Shown in pieces: positions 29,848-39,943 of a DNA stretch of 51,502 nucleotides; positions within the stretch are counted from its first letter, which is position 1, and each line of letters begins with the position of its first letter. Both the position numbers and the translations under genes were made by a program. The DNA comes from Escherichia coli. GTDB taxonomy: Bacteria; Pseudomonadota; Gammaproteobacteria; Enterobacterales; Enterobacteriaceae. The stretch lies in assembly GCF_003334255.1 (NCBI RefSeq), contig NZ_QOWU01000037.1. The stretch is one strand, 5' to 3'. The notes beneath the pieces were generated by a model. The model did not search any database, was not told where the DNA came from, and was given only the letters and a program-made list of their open reading frames with translations.

Positions 29848-30545
29848 ACACTTGCTCCTTTCAGCCCAAACTTAGCTTTGATTTCTGCGATCTTCGCCAG
29901 AGCCTGTGCACGATTTAGAGGTCTACCGCCCATAACAGGAAGTTGTTTTACTGGTTCAGGTATCGTCTCACCACGGTTAATTCGCGCTGTCATACAGGTC
30001 AGTTCATCGGCAGCCTTGCGCCGTAATTCCGCGTCAGTCAGCGCATTGGCCCGCATGTTCTGGTACAAGTTGGTAACCAACCAGTAATGCGCGTTCGATT
30101 TCCACGGATAAGACTCTGCATCCGGATACAGGCCACGCTTCCGGCAATACTCGTAAACCATATCAACCAGCTCGCTGACGTTTGGCAGCCCGGCGTTAAC
30201 AGATGCTTCTTCCCGGCACCAGGCGACAAACTGCCCGGGTGATGGCAGGAATGGTCGATTCTGCCGACGGGCTACGCGCATTCCAGCGTTAACCTGTTCC
30301 ATTGTGGTGATCCCGTTTTCCCGGAAAGCCAGAACCCACTGGCGACGGATTTCGTTCAGTTCATTCTGGTCACGGTTAGCCAGGCTCGCCGGGAAAGTTG
30401 CCAGTAACTGGCTGAACACACCGTTGATGATCTGCGCTACCTGCTGTACCTGTGGCTTTTCGTCGTACTGTTCCGGCATGTTGTTGGCGATCCGGCGCAT
30501 CTGCTCACAGTCAAAGTTAACCATCTGTGCGGCGATGTTTTTCAT
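29844..30545 (-). CDS. P: Replication protein P (lambda P-like DnaB loader)
   Basis: 233 aa MKNIAAQMVNFD...KAKFGLKGASV, matches recalled lambda P nearly residue for residue. Confidence 0.9.
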   Translation of the reverse strand: MKNIAAQMVNFDCEQMRRIANNMPEQYDEKPQVQQVAQIINGVFSQLLATFPASLANRDQNELNEIRRQWVLAFRENGITTMEQVNAGMRVARRQNRPFLPSPGQFVAWCREEASVNAGLPNVSELVDMVYEYCRKRGLYPDAESYPWKSNAHYWLVTNLYQNMRANALTDAELRRKAADELTCMTARINRGETIPEPVKQLPVMGGRPLNRAQALAKIAEIKAKFGLKGASV

Positions 30546-31471
30546 AGCTCCACCCCGTAAATCCAGTCAGTGTTCGTCAGGTCGAGTTTTGGTTTGCCGG
30601 CTGTCACGCCAGCCTGTTGCTTGTTTCGGTTGATTTCGAGCTGGGTCCACTTGTCGCGGAGTTTGGCCGGACTTAGCACGTTACCGGACCAGAAGTTGTC
30701 CTGGCATGCCCAGCGGAACAGCACGCACATGTCGCGGTGGTTACGTCCGTCACGTTCACGCATCAGGCGGATATCGTTAGCCCACCCAGCAAAATTCGGT
30801 TTTCTGGCTGATGGCGCGATGGTCTTCACCATGTCAAACATCCACTCTGCGGCGGTCAGGTCTTCTGCTGTCCCCCACTTGCTGCCGCTCTGAATTGCAG
30901 CATCTGGTTTCACCACAGGAAGATCGTTTTCTGGTTGGTCAGAGGATTCGCCAGAATTCTCGGACGAAAAAGGTTTTATATTGTCTTTTGTTAGTTTGTC
31001 TTTTGTGTTTACCTGATTCGGGTAAACGCCTTTACCTGATTTGGGTAAACTTTTTTTACCTGATTCAGGTAAATTTACCTCTTTCAGGTAAACTTTATTT
31101 TTCTTACCTGATTCGGGTAATGTTGACCATTCACTGACCACATTATTAATGCCGGTATTCCGCCCGCTCTGAATAAAAATCCCACGCTTTACCAGAACAC
31201 TTTTTGCAGCAGAACACTTGTGCGGCAATATCCCGGTTAATTCGGAAAGTTGCTCGTTGCTAACCCAATCCAGTTTTTTATTAAAGCCATATGTTTTGCG
31301 CATGACAGCCAGAAAGACCAGAAGCTGGTGCTGTGTTAATCCGGCCAGCATCACAGCTTCCAGCAACTCATTTGCAATGCGCGTATAACCATCATCGAGA
31401 TCTGCCACGCGCGGCTCCTTTTGTGCCGCATCCGGCACTGGAAAATTGAATATCTCAGCAGTGTTTGCCAT
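30542..31471 (-). CDS. O: Replication initiator O (lambda O-like), contains ori iterons
   Basis: Start MANTAEIFNF with GGGAGG SD. N-terminal DNA-binding domain VADLDDGYTRIANELLEA similar to lambda O. Internal iteron-encoded repeats. ORF open upstream to 31561. Confidence 0.8.
   Translation of the reverse strand: MANTAEIFNFPVPDAAQKEPRVADLDDGYTRIANELLEAVMLAGLTQHQLLVFLAVMRKTYGFNKKLDWVSNEQLSELTGILPHKCSAAKSVLVKRGIFIQSGRNTGINNVVSEWSTLPESGKKNKVYLKEVNLPESGKKSLPKSGKGVYPNQVNTKDKLTKDNIKPFSSENSGESSDQPENDLPVVKPDAAIQSGSKWGTAEDLTAAEWMFDMVKTIAPSARKPNFAGWANDIRLMRERDGRNHRDMCVLFRWACQDNFWSGNVLSPAKLRDKWTQLEINRNKQQAGVTAGKPKLDLTNTDWIYGVEL
31010..31123. repeat. Origin iterons: five ~18-bp direct repeats TACCTGATTCGGGTAAAC inside O
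   Basis: Copies at 31010, 31033, 31057, 31076, 31106 with 1-4 mismatches; preceded by TTGTCTTTTG repeats and followed by AT-rich stretch. Confidence 0.8.
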
Positions 31472-31557
31472 AATTCCTCCCGCAATGAGTGTGTTACGAT
31501 TTGCACCTGAAAGTCGGTTCTGTTCCAGCAGACCGGCTTTCGCCATTTCTGAACCTG

Positions 31558-32097
31558 TCATATCGCCCCCAGCATGGTAGTAACCATCGCCATCAATGGA
31601 CCAGCCAGATCTGGGTCCACACGAAACATCGACACAATACCTTCACTAATTTCCTTCAGTTTCTGGTGGCGTGGTGCGTTGAGAATGACAGCCTGTTTTG
31701 CCTCACTGAGTTCCTTTTCCATTTCAGCCAACCTAGCCATGAAGCTATCCTGCTCAACCAGGTAACCGCGATATTCCAGCGGTAGTACCGCCAGAATTGC
31801 CGGGGTCAGTTCACGCACGTTATTTCGGTATTTTTCAGAATCGAATTTGTTATCGAGGAAGCGGAACAGCTTCTGGCGTGCACGGCTGACATCATCAGGG
31901 AAATCGATGGTGCCGCCGCCCTGCTCCCGATACTCATTCACAATGAGTGTGGCAACGACATCCTGATTATCTACAGCCGACCAGGCGCGGACGGCATCAC
32001 GGATTTTTTCGTGGCCTGGCACCTGTTTTGTTTGAGAACGATTTATCACCGCAGTCGGGCTAAATCCGCTAGTCTGTTGGTATGTAAGTGGTTGCAT
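31558..32097 (-). CDS. YdaT-like protein at the cII position (Rac YdaT family regulator)
   Basis: Segment VNEYREQGGGTIDFP...LTPAILAVLPLEYRGYLVE resembles recalled Rac YdaT (EEYLRQGGGELPLVP...LIPAILAILPRELRHRL); AAGGAG SD. Confidence 0.6.
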   Translation of the reverse strand: MQPLTYQQTSGFSPTAVINRSQTKQVPGHEKIRDAVRAWSAVDNQDVVATLIVNEYREQGGGTIDFPDDVSRARQKLFRFLDNKFDSEKYRNNVRELTPAILAVLPLEYRGYLVEQDSFMARLAEMEKELSEAKQAVILNAPRHQKLKEISEGIVSMFRVDPDLAGPLMAMVTTMLGAI

Positions 32098-32166
32098 AAT
32101 TGACTCCTTTAGTTTGAATTGACTGTTAAGTTGATTGCTTATTGTTAAAGAGCGTGAAATGGAAAT

Positions 32167-32397
32167 TTAAGCTGCGTTCTTTTCGGTGTGTGGAAACAAC
32201 TTCGGAAGATCCGGGCGAATCTGGTATGCCTTCACTACTCCACCAGTAGCCGTAACAATGCTGCCGACATGTTCAGGGGATACCTTTGCTTTGTTGTGAA
32301 GCCACTTATAGACGGCCTGCTGTGAAACTTCGCAAGCAGCGCCCAGTTTCTTTTGTGAACCAACGATATTGATCGCTGTTTTGATAGCTGGGTTCAT
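32167..32397 (-). CDS. cro: Cro-like / YdaS-family HTH repressor
   Basis: 76 aa, IVGSQKKLGAACEVSQQAVYKW HTH; divergent from cI; GGAGG SD. Confidence 0.8.
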   Translation of the reverse strand: MNPAIKTAINIVGSQKKLGAACEVSQQAVYKWLHNKAKVSPEHVGSIVTATGGVVKAYQIRPDLPKLFPHTEKNAA

Positions 32398-32501
32398 AAC
32401 AACCTCCGTGGTTAATTTGAATCAAGATTAAAACTATGGTTGTTTTTAGTCAACAACCATTTTCGTTTGATGGAATAAAACCTTGGTTGTACATTTGGAC
32501 T
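32398..32501. promoter_or_regulatory. OR/PR-PRM region between cro and cI with AACAACC/GGTTGTT operator half-sites
   Basis: Perfect inverted repeat ATGGTTGTT-N7-AACAACCAT at 32446-32470; additional AACAACC at 32399 and GGTTGT at 32485. Confidence 0.6.
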
Positions 32502-33191
32502 ATGAAAACAACACTCTCAGAAAGACTTAAAGAAGCCAGATTAGCGCGAGGCCTTACACAAAAGGCGCTTGGGGATTTGGTCGGGGTTAGCCAGGCTGCT
32601 ATTCAGAAAATCGAAACAGGGAAAGCTAATCAAACAACTAAAATCGTGGAGATCGCGAACGCTTTGGGTGTGCGCGCAGAATGGTTATCTTCTGGCGTTG
32701 GAAATATGTCAGACAGTACAGTGCAACCAATACAATCAACTGTCAGCCATTCCAAATACTTCAAGATTGACGTTCTTGATATAGAAGTCAGTGCTGGGCC
32801 GGGAGTCATCAACCGTGAGTTTGTAGAAGTTCTACGCTCGGTTGAGTACTCGTTTGACGATGCTCGTCACATGTTCGATGGTAGGAAGGCGGAAAATATC
32901 CGCATCATTAACGTGCGTGGTGACAGCATGTCAGGAACGATCGAACCAGGTGATCTGCTGTTCGTTGATATCACAGTTAAATCTTTCGACGGTGATGGTA
33001 TCTATGCGTTTCTGTACGACGACACAGCCCATGTAAAGCGCCTGCAAATGATGAAGGATAAGCTGCTGGTCATCTCTGATAACAAAAGCTACTCACCGTG
33101 GGACCCGATCGAGAAAGACGAGATGAACCGGGTGTTCATCTTCGGTAAGGTTATTGGGAGCATGCCGCAGACATATAGGAAGCATGGGTAG
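32502..33191 (+). CDS. cI: CI-type repressor (XRE HTH + S24 LexA-like peptidase domain)
   Basis: HTH LTQKALGDLVGVSQAAIQKIETG; Ala-Gly cleavage site (VSAGPG); Ser/Lys dyad (RGDSMSGT ... HVKRL). ORF open upstream to 32436. Confidence 0.85.
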   Translation: MKTTLSERLKEARLARGLTQKALGDLVGVSQAAIQKIETGKANQTTKIVEIANALGVRAEWLSSGVGNMSDSTVQPIQSTVSHSKYFKIDVLDIEVSAGPGVINREFVEVLRSVEYSFDDARHMFDGRKAENIRIINVRGDSMSGTIEPGDLLFVDITVKSFDGDGIYAFLYDDTAHVKRLQMMKDKLLVISDNKSYSPWDPIEKDEMNRVFIFGKVIGSMPQTYRKHG

Positions 33192-33312
33192 TACCAATTA
33201 AAAATTATCAACTGGGCATTGTGCTCATTCAGTAAAGAACTAATTCCTATCTTTGCTCTAGGTAGTAATATTAAGCCACCGCAATAATATCTTTACCTAA
33301 CGGCGTAAGAAT

Positions 33313-33339
33313 CCCGGTCACCGTGCCGGGTTTTCTTTT
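33313..33339 (+). terminator. Rho-independent terminator downstream of cI
   Basis: CCCGG tcaccgtg CCGGG followed by TTTTCTTTT. Confidence 0.7.
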
Positions 33340-33449
33340 GCCCTCCCCTCATCACACACACCGTTAAAAAAACCACCATAACCTCGCTTCAGTTATCGCT
33401 ATGCGATTCAAGTCACAAAATAAATCCATCCTAAATACAACCAGTTATA

Positions 33450-33510
33450 TCTAAAACAACCAATAAAACAACTTTTGTTGTTGACGATAAAACAACTATA
33501 GTTTTAAATA
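33450..33510 (+). promoter_or_regulatory. Candidate OL/PL: operator-like repeats and -35/-10 elements driving the gam-bet-exo-xis-int operon
   Basis: AACAAC TTTT GTTGTT palindrome (33469-33484) overlapping TTGACG (-35 like) with TTAAAT 17 bp downstream; AACAACTATAGTT repeat; same AACAAC half-site as OR. Confidence 0.45.
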
Positions 33511-33702
33511 AGTTCATCGCAACAACACAACGATACGGCAACTACCTGATTCACCGTTGCGATGACCGCTTAGATCCGCAGTTTGAATTTCAGCAGGCTT
33601 CGGGGAGTGCGAGGGGTGAAACGGACGCGTGAACGTCGGTGTGACCAGCTGAAATTAACTCAACATTTCATACCTTAGTCGCTTCAACGAGGCGGCTTAG
33701 TT

Positions 33703-33993
33703 ATGACAACCGGCGGCCATCCACCGCCTGAATACGCGCAGAAGTCTCTATATGTTCAGCAGCCCAGCTTACGGGCAGGAGTTTTTATGGTTCATCAACA
33801 TTATGGAACGCAGACCGTTAATCGAGGTGCGGTCATGCCAGGAATGCTGGTCAAACACAAAGATGGTACCTGGACTGCATCAGCTAATTTACGCGGACGG
33901 CTTTATCTGCATCGCGGCATCGAGTGCACTTATACCCGTGATTTGCTCGTGGAAGTTTTTCTCGACGGACGCGGTAACGGCCTGAATCACTAA
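33703..33993 (+). CDS. Hypothetical early protein at kil/cIII position (alternative strong-SD start at 33784)
   Basis: 96-aa ORF; CAGGAG SD precedes internal ATG 33784; not Arg-rich, not N-like. Confidence 0.4.
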   Translation: MTTGGHPPPEYAQKSLYVQQPSLRAGVFMVHQHYGTQTVNRGAVMPGMLVKHKDGTWTASANLRGRLYLHRGIECTYTRDLLVEVFLDGRGNGLNH

Positions 33994-34068
33994 TCCCCTT
34001 TCCTGTTTTCCTAATCAGCCTGGCATTTCGCGGGCGATATTTTCACAGCCATTTTCAGGAGGTCAGCC

Positions 34069-34365
34069 ATGAACGCTTATTACATTCAGGATCGTCTTGA
34101 GGCTCAGAGCTGGGCGCGTCACTACCAGCAGATCGCCCGTGAAGAGAAAGAGGCAGAACTGGCAGACGACATGGAAAAAGGCCTGCCCCAGCACCTGTTT
34201 GAATCGCTATGCATCGATCATTTGCAACGCCACGGGGCCAGCAAAAAAGCCATTATCCGTGCGTTTGATGACGATGTTGAGTTTCAGGAGCGCATGGCAG
34301 AACACATCCAGTACATGGTTGAAACCATTGCTCACCACCAGGTTGATATTGATTCAGAGGTATAA
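34069..34365 (+). CDS. gam: Gam (RecBCD inhibitor), GamS form
   Basis: [21 protein letters not shown]...[10 protein letters not shown] matches recalled lambda Gam; upstream in-frame codons resemble degenerate GamL N-terminus without ATG. Confidence 0.9.
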   Translation: MNAYYIQDRLEAQSWARHYQQIAREEKEAELADDMEKGLPQHLFESLCIDHLQRHGASKKAIIRAFDDDVEFQERMAEHIQYMVETIAHHQVDIDSEV

Positions 34366-34370
34366 AACGG

Positions 34371-35156
34371 ATGAGTACAGCACTCGCAACGCTGGCAGGG
34401 AAGCTGGCTGAACGTGTCGGCATGGATTCTGTCGACCCACAGGAACTGATCACCACTCTTCGCCAGACGGCATTTAAAGGTGATGCCAGCGATGCGCAGT
34501 TCATCGCATTGTTGATCGTCGCCAACCAGTACGGCCTTAATCCGTGGACGAAAGAAATTTACGCCTTCCCTGATAAGCAGAACGGCATCGTTCCGGTGGT
34601 GGGCGTTGATGGCTGGTCCCGCATCATCAATGAAAACCAGCAGTTTGATGGCATGGACTTTGAGCAGGACAATGAATCCTGTACATGCCGGATTTACCGC
34701 AAGGACCGTAATCATCCGATCTGCGTTACCGAATGGATGGATGAATGCCGCCGCGAACCATTCAAAACTCGCGAAGGCAGAGAAATCACGGGGCCGTGGC
34801 AGTCGCATCCCAAACGGATGTTACGGCATAAAGCCATGATTCAGTGTGCCCGTCTGGCCTTCGGATTTGCTGGTATCTATGACAAGGATGAAGCCGAGCG
34901 CATTGTCGAAAATACTGCATACACTGCAGAACGTCAGCCAGAACGCGACATCACTCCGGTTAACGATGAAACCATGCAGGAGATTAACACTCTGCTGATC
35001 GCCCTGGATAAAACATGGGATGACGACTTATTGCCGCTCTGTTCCCAGATATTTCGCCGCGACATTCGCGCATCGTCAGAACTGACACAGGCCGAAGCAG
35101 TGAAAGCTCTTGGATTCCTGAAACAGAAAGCCACTGAGCAGAAGGTGGCAGCATGA
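34371..35156 (+). CDS. bet: Bet single-strand annealing protein (Red beta)
   Basis: 261 aa [37 protein letters not shown]... matches recalled lambda Bet. Confidence 0.95.
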   Translation: MSTALATLAGKLAERVGMDSVDPQELITTLRQTAFKGDASDAQFIALLIVANQYGLNPWTKEIYAFPDKQNGIVPVVGVDGWSRIINENQQFDGMDFEQDNESCTCRIYRKDRNHPICVTEWMDECRREPFKTREGREITGPWQSHPKRMLRHKAMIQCARLAFGFAGIYDKDEAERIVENTAYTAERQPERDITPVNDETMQEINTLLIALDKTWDDDLLPLCSQIFRRDIRASSELTQAEAVKALGFLKQKATEQKVAA

Positions 35157-35833
35157 CACCGGACATTATCCTGCAGCGTACCGGGATCGACGTGAGAGCT
35201 GTCGAACAGGGGGATGATGCGTGGCACAAATTACGGCTCGGCGTCATCACCGCTTCAGAAGTTCACAATGTGATAGCAAAACCCCGCTCCGGAAAGAAAT
35301 GGCCTGACATGAAAATGTCCTACTTCCACACCCTGCTTGCCGAGGTTTGCACCGGTGTGGCTCCGGAAGTTAACGCTAAGGCGCTGGCCTGGGGAAAACA
35401 GTACGAGAACGACGCCAGAGTCCTGTTTGAGTTTACTTCCGGCGTGAATGTTACTGAATCACCGATCATCTATCGCGACGAAAGTATGCGCACCGCCTGC
35501 TCTCCCGATGGTTTATGCAGTGACGGCAATGGCCTTGAGCTGAAATGCCCGTTTACCTCCCGGGATTTCATGAAGTTCCGGCTCGGTGGTTTCGAGGCCA
35601 TAAAGTCAGCTTACATGGCCCAGGTGCAGTACAGCATGTGGGTGACTCGAAAAGATGCCTGGTACTTTGCCAACTATGACCCGCGCATGAAGCGTGAAGG
35701 CCTGCATTATGTCGTGATTGAGCGGAATGAAAAGTACATGGCGAGTTTTGACGAGATGGTGCCGGAGTTCATCGAAAAAATGGACGAGGCACTGGCTGAA
35801 ATTGGTTTTGTATTTGGGGAGCAATGGCGATGA
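35153..35833 (+). CDS. exo: Lambda exonuclease (Red alpha)
   Basis: 226 aa [40 protein letters not shown]... matches recalled lambda Exo. Confidence 0.95.
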   Translation: MTPDIILQRTGIDVRAVEQGDDAWHKLRLGVITASEVHNVIAKPRSGKKWPDMKMSYFHTLLAEVCTGVAPEVNAKALAWGKQYENDARVLFEFTSGVNVTESPIIYRDESMRTACSPDGLCSDGNGLELKCPFTSRDFMKFRLGGFEAIKSAYMAQVQYSMWVTRKDAWYFANYDPRMKREGLHYVVIERNEKYMASFDEMVPEFIEKMDEALAEIGFVFGEQWR

Positions 35834-36012
35834 CGCATCCTCACGATAATATCCGCGTAGGCACGATCACTTTCGTCTACTCCGTTACGAAGCGAGGCTG
35901 GGTATTTCCCGGCCTTTCTGTTATCCGAAATCCCCTGAAAGCACAGCGGCTGGCTGAGGAGATAAATAATAAACGGGGAGCTGTATGCACAAAGCATCTC
36001 CCGTTGAGTTAA
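35824..36012 (+). CDS. lambda orf60a-like small protein
   Basis: [37 protein letters not shown]... matches recalled lambda orf60a. Confidence 0.8.
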   Translation: MAMTHPHDNIRVGTITFVYSVTKRGWVFPGLSVIRNPLKAQRLAEEINNKRGAVCTKHLPLS

Positions 36013-36176
36013 GAACGAGTATCGAGATGGCACATAGCCTCGCTCAAATTGGAGTCAGGTTTGTGCCAATACCAGTAGAAACAGACGAAGAATTTCATAC
36101 GTTAGCCGCATCCCTTTCACAAAAGCTGGAAATGATGGTGGCGAAAGCAGAAGCAGATGAGAGAGACCAGGTATGA
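35985..36176 (+). CDS. lambda orf63-like small protein
   Basis: [23 protein letters not shown]... matches recalled lambda orf63. Confidence 0.8.
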   Translation: MHKASPVELRTSIEMAHSLAQIGVRFVPIPVETDEEFHTLAASLSQKLEMMVAKAEADERDQV

Positions 36177-36252
36177 CAACCACTGAATGCATTTTTCTGG
36201 CAGCGGGCTTCATATTCTGTGTGCTTATGCTTGCCGACATGGGGCTTGTTCA

Positions 36253-36468
36253 ATGACACCTCAGCAAGAAAACGCCCTTCGCAGCATTGCCCGTCAGGCT
36301 AATTCTGAAATCAAAAAAGCCAGACAGCAGTTTCCGGATAAAAACGTCGATGACATTTGCCGTAGCGTACTAAAGAAGCACCGCGAAACGGTAACGCTGA
36401 TGGGATTCACACCGACTCATTTAAGCCTGGCGATCGGCATGTTGAACGGCGTCTTTAAGGAACGGTGA
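36253..36468 (+). CDS. lambda orf61-like small protein
   Basis: MTPQQENALRSIARQANSEIKKARQQFPDKNVDDICRSVLKKHRETVTLMGFTPTHL...; ORF open upstream to 36187. Confidence 0.75.
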   Translation: MTPQQENALRSIARQANSEIKKARQQFPDKNVDDICRSVLKKHRETVTLMGFTPTHLSLAIGMLNGVFKER

Positions 36469-36566
36469 ACATGAAAAGCAAAATCATCAGGGAGCTACAG
36501 GCTCCTTTTTTATTGTTCGCATTCACCCTCAAGCGTATTAACCAACAATTCAGGGATTAATGGAAG

Positions 36567-36785
36567 ATGGCAGACATCATTGATTCAGCATCAGAAATTG
36601 AAGAATTACAGCGCAACACAGCAATAAAAATGCACCGCCTGAACCACCAGGCTATATCTGCCACTCATTGTTGTGAGTGTGGCGATCCGATAGATGAACT
36701 AAGACGTCTGGCCGTTCAGGGTTGTCGGACTTGTGCAAGTTGCCAGGAGGAGATCGAACTTAAGAACAAACAATGGGGATTGTGA
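36567..36785 (+). CDS. TraR/DksA-family C4 zinc-finger protein
   Basis: CCECGDPID...CRTCASCQ (CxxC-N17-CxxC). Confidence 0.7.
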   Translation: MADIIDSASEIEELQRNTAIKMHRLNHQAISATHCCECGDPIDELRRLAVQGCRTCASCQEEIELKNKQWGL

Positions 36786-36833
36786 TGGCCTCAAAGCAGC
36801 AAATTTCAACATCAGTCCAACTGAGGTGTAAAA

Positions 36834-37112
36834 ATGTTCAGAATCATTTTTCCTAACACCTGGTACGTCGACCACCACGGCACTCCCTGCAAAATCCTGC
36901 GTTCTACCCACAACAAAGTTCACTACATCCGAAAAGGCAGAACATGTATCGCCAGCATGTTCCGCTTTAATCATGACTTTGAACCTGTGAATAAAGCTGA
37001 TGCAGATCGGATAGCAGAAGAGATCGAAACGGCAGAACACATTAAGAAGTTACGTGACATGCGTTCAAAAAGCAGAGGTAACCATGGAATCATACAGCCT
37101 CACACTCGATGA
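36834..37112 (+). CDS. Small hypothetical protein upstream of xis
   Basis: 92 aa ORF; no recognised motif. Confidence 0.4.
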   Translation: MFRIIFPNTWYVDHHGTPCKILRSTHNKVHYIRKGRTCIASMFRFNHDFEPVNKADADRIAEEIETAEHIKKLRDMRSKSRGNHGIIQPHTR

Positions 37113-37434
37113 GGCCTGTCAGTTTCTCAAGATATCCAGACCTACCGCTACCAACTGGATACGAACAGGCCGCCTACAGGCAACACGCAAAGACCCCACT
37201 AAACCAAAATCTCCTTACCTCACAACGCGACAAGCCTGCATTGCGGCGCTTCAGTCTCCGCTGCATACTATCAAGGTGAGCGCGGGTGATGGCATAACAG
37301 AGGAAAGAAAATGTCACTCTTCCGCAGAGGTGAAATATGGTACGCCAGTTTCACATTGCCGAACGGTAAAAGATTTAAACAGTCTCTTGGAACAAAGGAC
37401 AAAAGGCAGGCGACAGAACTCCATGACAAGCTAA
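37084..37434 (+). CDS. xis: Excisionase-like DNA-binding protein (xis); 3' end overlaps int
   Basis: [34 protein letters not shown] typical of Xis/AlpA-like proteins; AGAGG SD; C-terminal extent uncertain. Confidence 0.55.
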   Translation: MESYSLTLDEACQFLKISRPTATNWIRTGRLQATRKDPTKPKSPYLTTRQACIAALQSPLHTIKVSAGDGITEERKCHSSAEVKYGTPVSHCRTVKDLNSLLEQRTKGRRQNSMTS

Positions 37435-38474
37435 AGGCTGAAGCATGGCGGGTCAGCAAACTTGGTGAAATACCTGATATAACGTTCGAGGAAGCGTGTG
37501 TCAGGTGGCTTGAAGAGAAAGCACATAAAAAATCACTGGACGATGACAAAAGCCGGATCGGATTCTGGCTTCAACATTTCGCAGGAATGCAACTAAGAGA
37601 CATTACTGAATCAAAAATTTATTCAGCAATGCAGAAAATGACGAACCGGCGTCATGAGGAAAACTGGAAACTCAGGGCAGAAGCATGCAGAAAAAAAGGG
37701 AAACCTGTTCCAGAATACACGCCAAAACCAGCGTCCGTTGCAACGAAGGCTACGCATCTTTCATTTATAAAGGCCCTACTAAGAGCCGCAGAGCGTGAAT
37801 GGAAAATGCTGGATAAGGCACCAATTATTAAAGTGCCTCAACCAAAGAATAAACGGATCCGCTGGCTGGAGCCCCATGAAGCACAAAGGCTGATTGATGA
37901 ATGTCCGGAGCCATTAAAGTCTGTTGTTGAATTTGCACTGGCAACAGGCTTAAGACGCTCGAACATCATCAACCTTGAATGGCAACAAATAGATATGCAG
38001 CGCCGGGTGGCATGGATAAACCCGGAAGAGAGTAAATCAAACCGCGCAATCGGCGTTGCGCTGAATGATACTGCATGTCGCGTTTTGAAAAAACAAATCG
38101 GGAATCATCACCGTTGGGTATTTGTGTACAAGGAAAGCTGTACCAAACCAGACGGAACGAAAGCGCCAACAGTAAGGAAGATGCGGTATGACGCAAACAC
38201 AGCCTGGAAAGCAGCGCTGAGGCGGGCTGGTATTGATGATTTCAGATTTCACGACTTGAGACACACCTGGGCAAGTTGGCTGGTTCAAGCCGGAGTCCCG
38301 TTGTCAGTGTTACAGGAAATGGGAGGCTGGGAGTCTATCGAAATGGTTCGTCGATATGCTCACCTTGCACCTAATCACCTTACCGAACACGCACGGCAAA
38401 TAGACTCGATCCTGAACCCATCGGTCCCAAATTCGTCCCAGTCAAAAAATAAGGAAGGTACTAATGATGTGTAA
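37311..38474 (+). CDS. int: Tyrosine integrase (thrW-specific, SfV/e14-like family)
   Basis: 387 aa; catalytic residues R...[15 protein letters not shown]...VRRYAHL (RHRY motif); stop 14 nt from tRNA 3' end. Confidence 0.9.
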   Translation: MSLFRRGEIWYASFTLPNGKRFKQSLGTKDKRQATELHDKLKAEAWRVSKLGEIPDITFEEACVRWLEEKAHKKSLDDDKSRIGFWLQHFAGMQLRDITESKIYSAMQKMTNRRHEENWKLRAEACRKKGKPVPEYTPKPASVATKATHLSFIKALLRAAEREWKMLDKAPIIKVPQPKNKRIRWLEPHEAQRLIDECPEPLKSVVEFALATGLRRSNIINLEWQQIDMQRRVAWINPEESKSNRAIGVALNDTACRVLKKQIGNHHRWVFVYKESCTKPDGTKAPTVRKMRYDANTAWKAALRRAGIDDFRFHDLRHTWASWLVQAGVPLSVLQEMGGWESIEMVRRYAHLAPNHLTEHARQIDSILNPSVPNSSQSKNKEGTNDV

Positions 38475-38488
38475 CTTATTGATTTAAA

Positions 38489-38564
38489 TGGTGCCGATAA
38501 TAGGAGTCGAACCTACGACCTTCGCATTACGAATGCGCTGCTCTACCAACTGAGCTATATCGGC
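38489..38564 (-). tRNA. thrW: tRNA-Thr (anticodon CGU), thrW; phage attachment site
   Basis: GCCGATATAGCTCAGTTGGTAGAGCAGCGCATTCGTAATGCGAAGGTCGTAGGTTCGACTCCTATTATCGGCACCA; cloverleaf with CGT anticodon and encoded CCA. Confidence 0.9.
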
Positions 38565-38678
38565 CCTGAAAGGACATGTTCACGAACGTGAATCACGGTG
38601 GACAAGGTTAAAACTAACCGGGCGATGCGTCAATGGCCTTGTGAATCAAATGGCTACTTTTGCATCACCCGGTTTTAT

Positions 38679-39932
38679 TTACGCACGAATGGTGTAATCA
38701 CCAATGCCGATCCACTTGTAAGTGGTCAGTGCTTCCAGCCCCATTGGGCCACGCGCGTGGAGTTTTTGTGTGCTTACCGCCACTTCCGCACCCAGACCAA
38801 ACTGGCCGCCGTCGGTAAAACGCGTAGAGGCGTTAACGTAAACAGCGGACGAATCCACTTCGTTAACAAAACGCTGGGCGTTGCGCATATCGCGGGTCAG
38901 GATCGCATCGGAGTGTTGTGTGCCGTGTTCACGAATATGGGCGATGGCATCGTCAAGATCGCTGACGATTTTGACGTTCAAATCTAATGACAGAAACTCA
39001 TCGTCATACTCTTCGGCTTTAACAGCAACCACCTTCGCAGGGCCTGCCTGCAACTGCGCCAGTGCAGCTGCATCTGCGTGTAATGTCACGCCGCTTTCCG
39101 CCATTTGTTTGCTTAATGCGGGCAGGAAGCTATCGGCGATGTTTTTATTCACCAGCAACGTTTCAACCGTATTACATGTGCTCGGACGCTGAGTTTTCGC
39201 GTTGACGATCACTTTTAATGCTTCAGCGATCTCTACACTTTCATCAACGTAAATATGGCATACGCCTATACCACCTGTGATCACCGGGATTGTCGACTGT
39301 TCACGGCACAGTTTATGCAAACCAGCGCCACCACGCGGGATCAGCATGTCGATGTATTTATCCATACGCAGCATTTCACTGACCAGCGCACGGTCAGGAT
39401 TATCAATCGCCTGCACGGCACCCGCCGGTAAGCCGCAGGATTTCAGGGCGTCCTGAATCACCGCCACCGTTGCAGCGTTAGTGCGACACGTTTCTTTGCC
39501 ACCGCGCAGGATCACCGCATTACCGGTTTTCAGGCACAGCGAAGCGACATCAACCGTCACGTTCGGGCGCGCTTCATAAATCACGCCAATAACCCCCAGC
39601 GGTACGCGACGACGCTCAAGACGCAGGCCGCTGTCCAGTACGCCGCCATCGATTACCTGCCCCACCGGATCGGCGAGGTTGCACACCTGACGTACATCGT
39701 CGGCAATGCCTTTCAGCCGTGCGGGCGTCAGTGCCAGACGGTCAAGCATCGCTTCGCTAAGGCCATTGGCTCGCGCGTCAGCAACATCCTGGGCGTTAGC
39801 GTTGAGGATGATTTCGCTTTGTGCTTCCAGTTCATCGGCGATTTTTTCCAGCACGCGATTTTTTTCGCGGCTGGAGAGTTGCGCTAATTTATACGAGGCT
39901 TGCTTCGCGGCAATGCCCATTTGTTCCAGCAT
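38679..39932 (-). CDS. proA: Gamma-glutamyl phosphate reductase
   Basis: 417 aa matching recalled E. coli ProA. Confidence 0.95.
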
Positions 39933-39943
39933 CAGCCTGCTCC

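Noticed and set aside
33703-33993. Candidate N antiterminator
   Set aside because: Product is not Arg-rich, lacks an ARM motif, and no nut-like boxA/boxB precedes it.
38475-38488. gtr-type O-antigen modification genes expected next to att in thrW phages
   Set aside because: Only 14 bp separate int from the tRNA; no ORF space.
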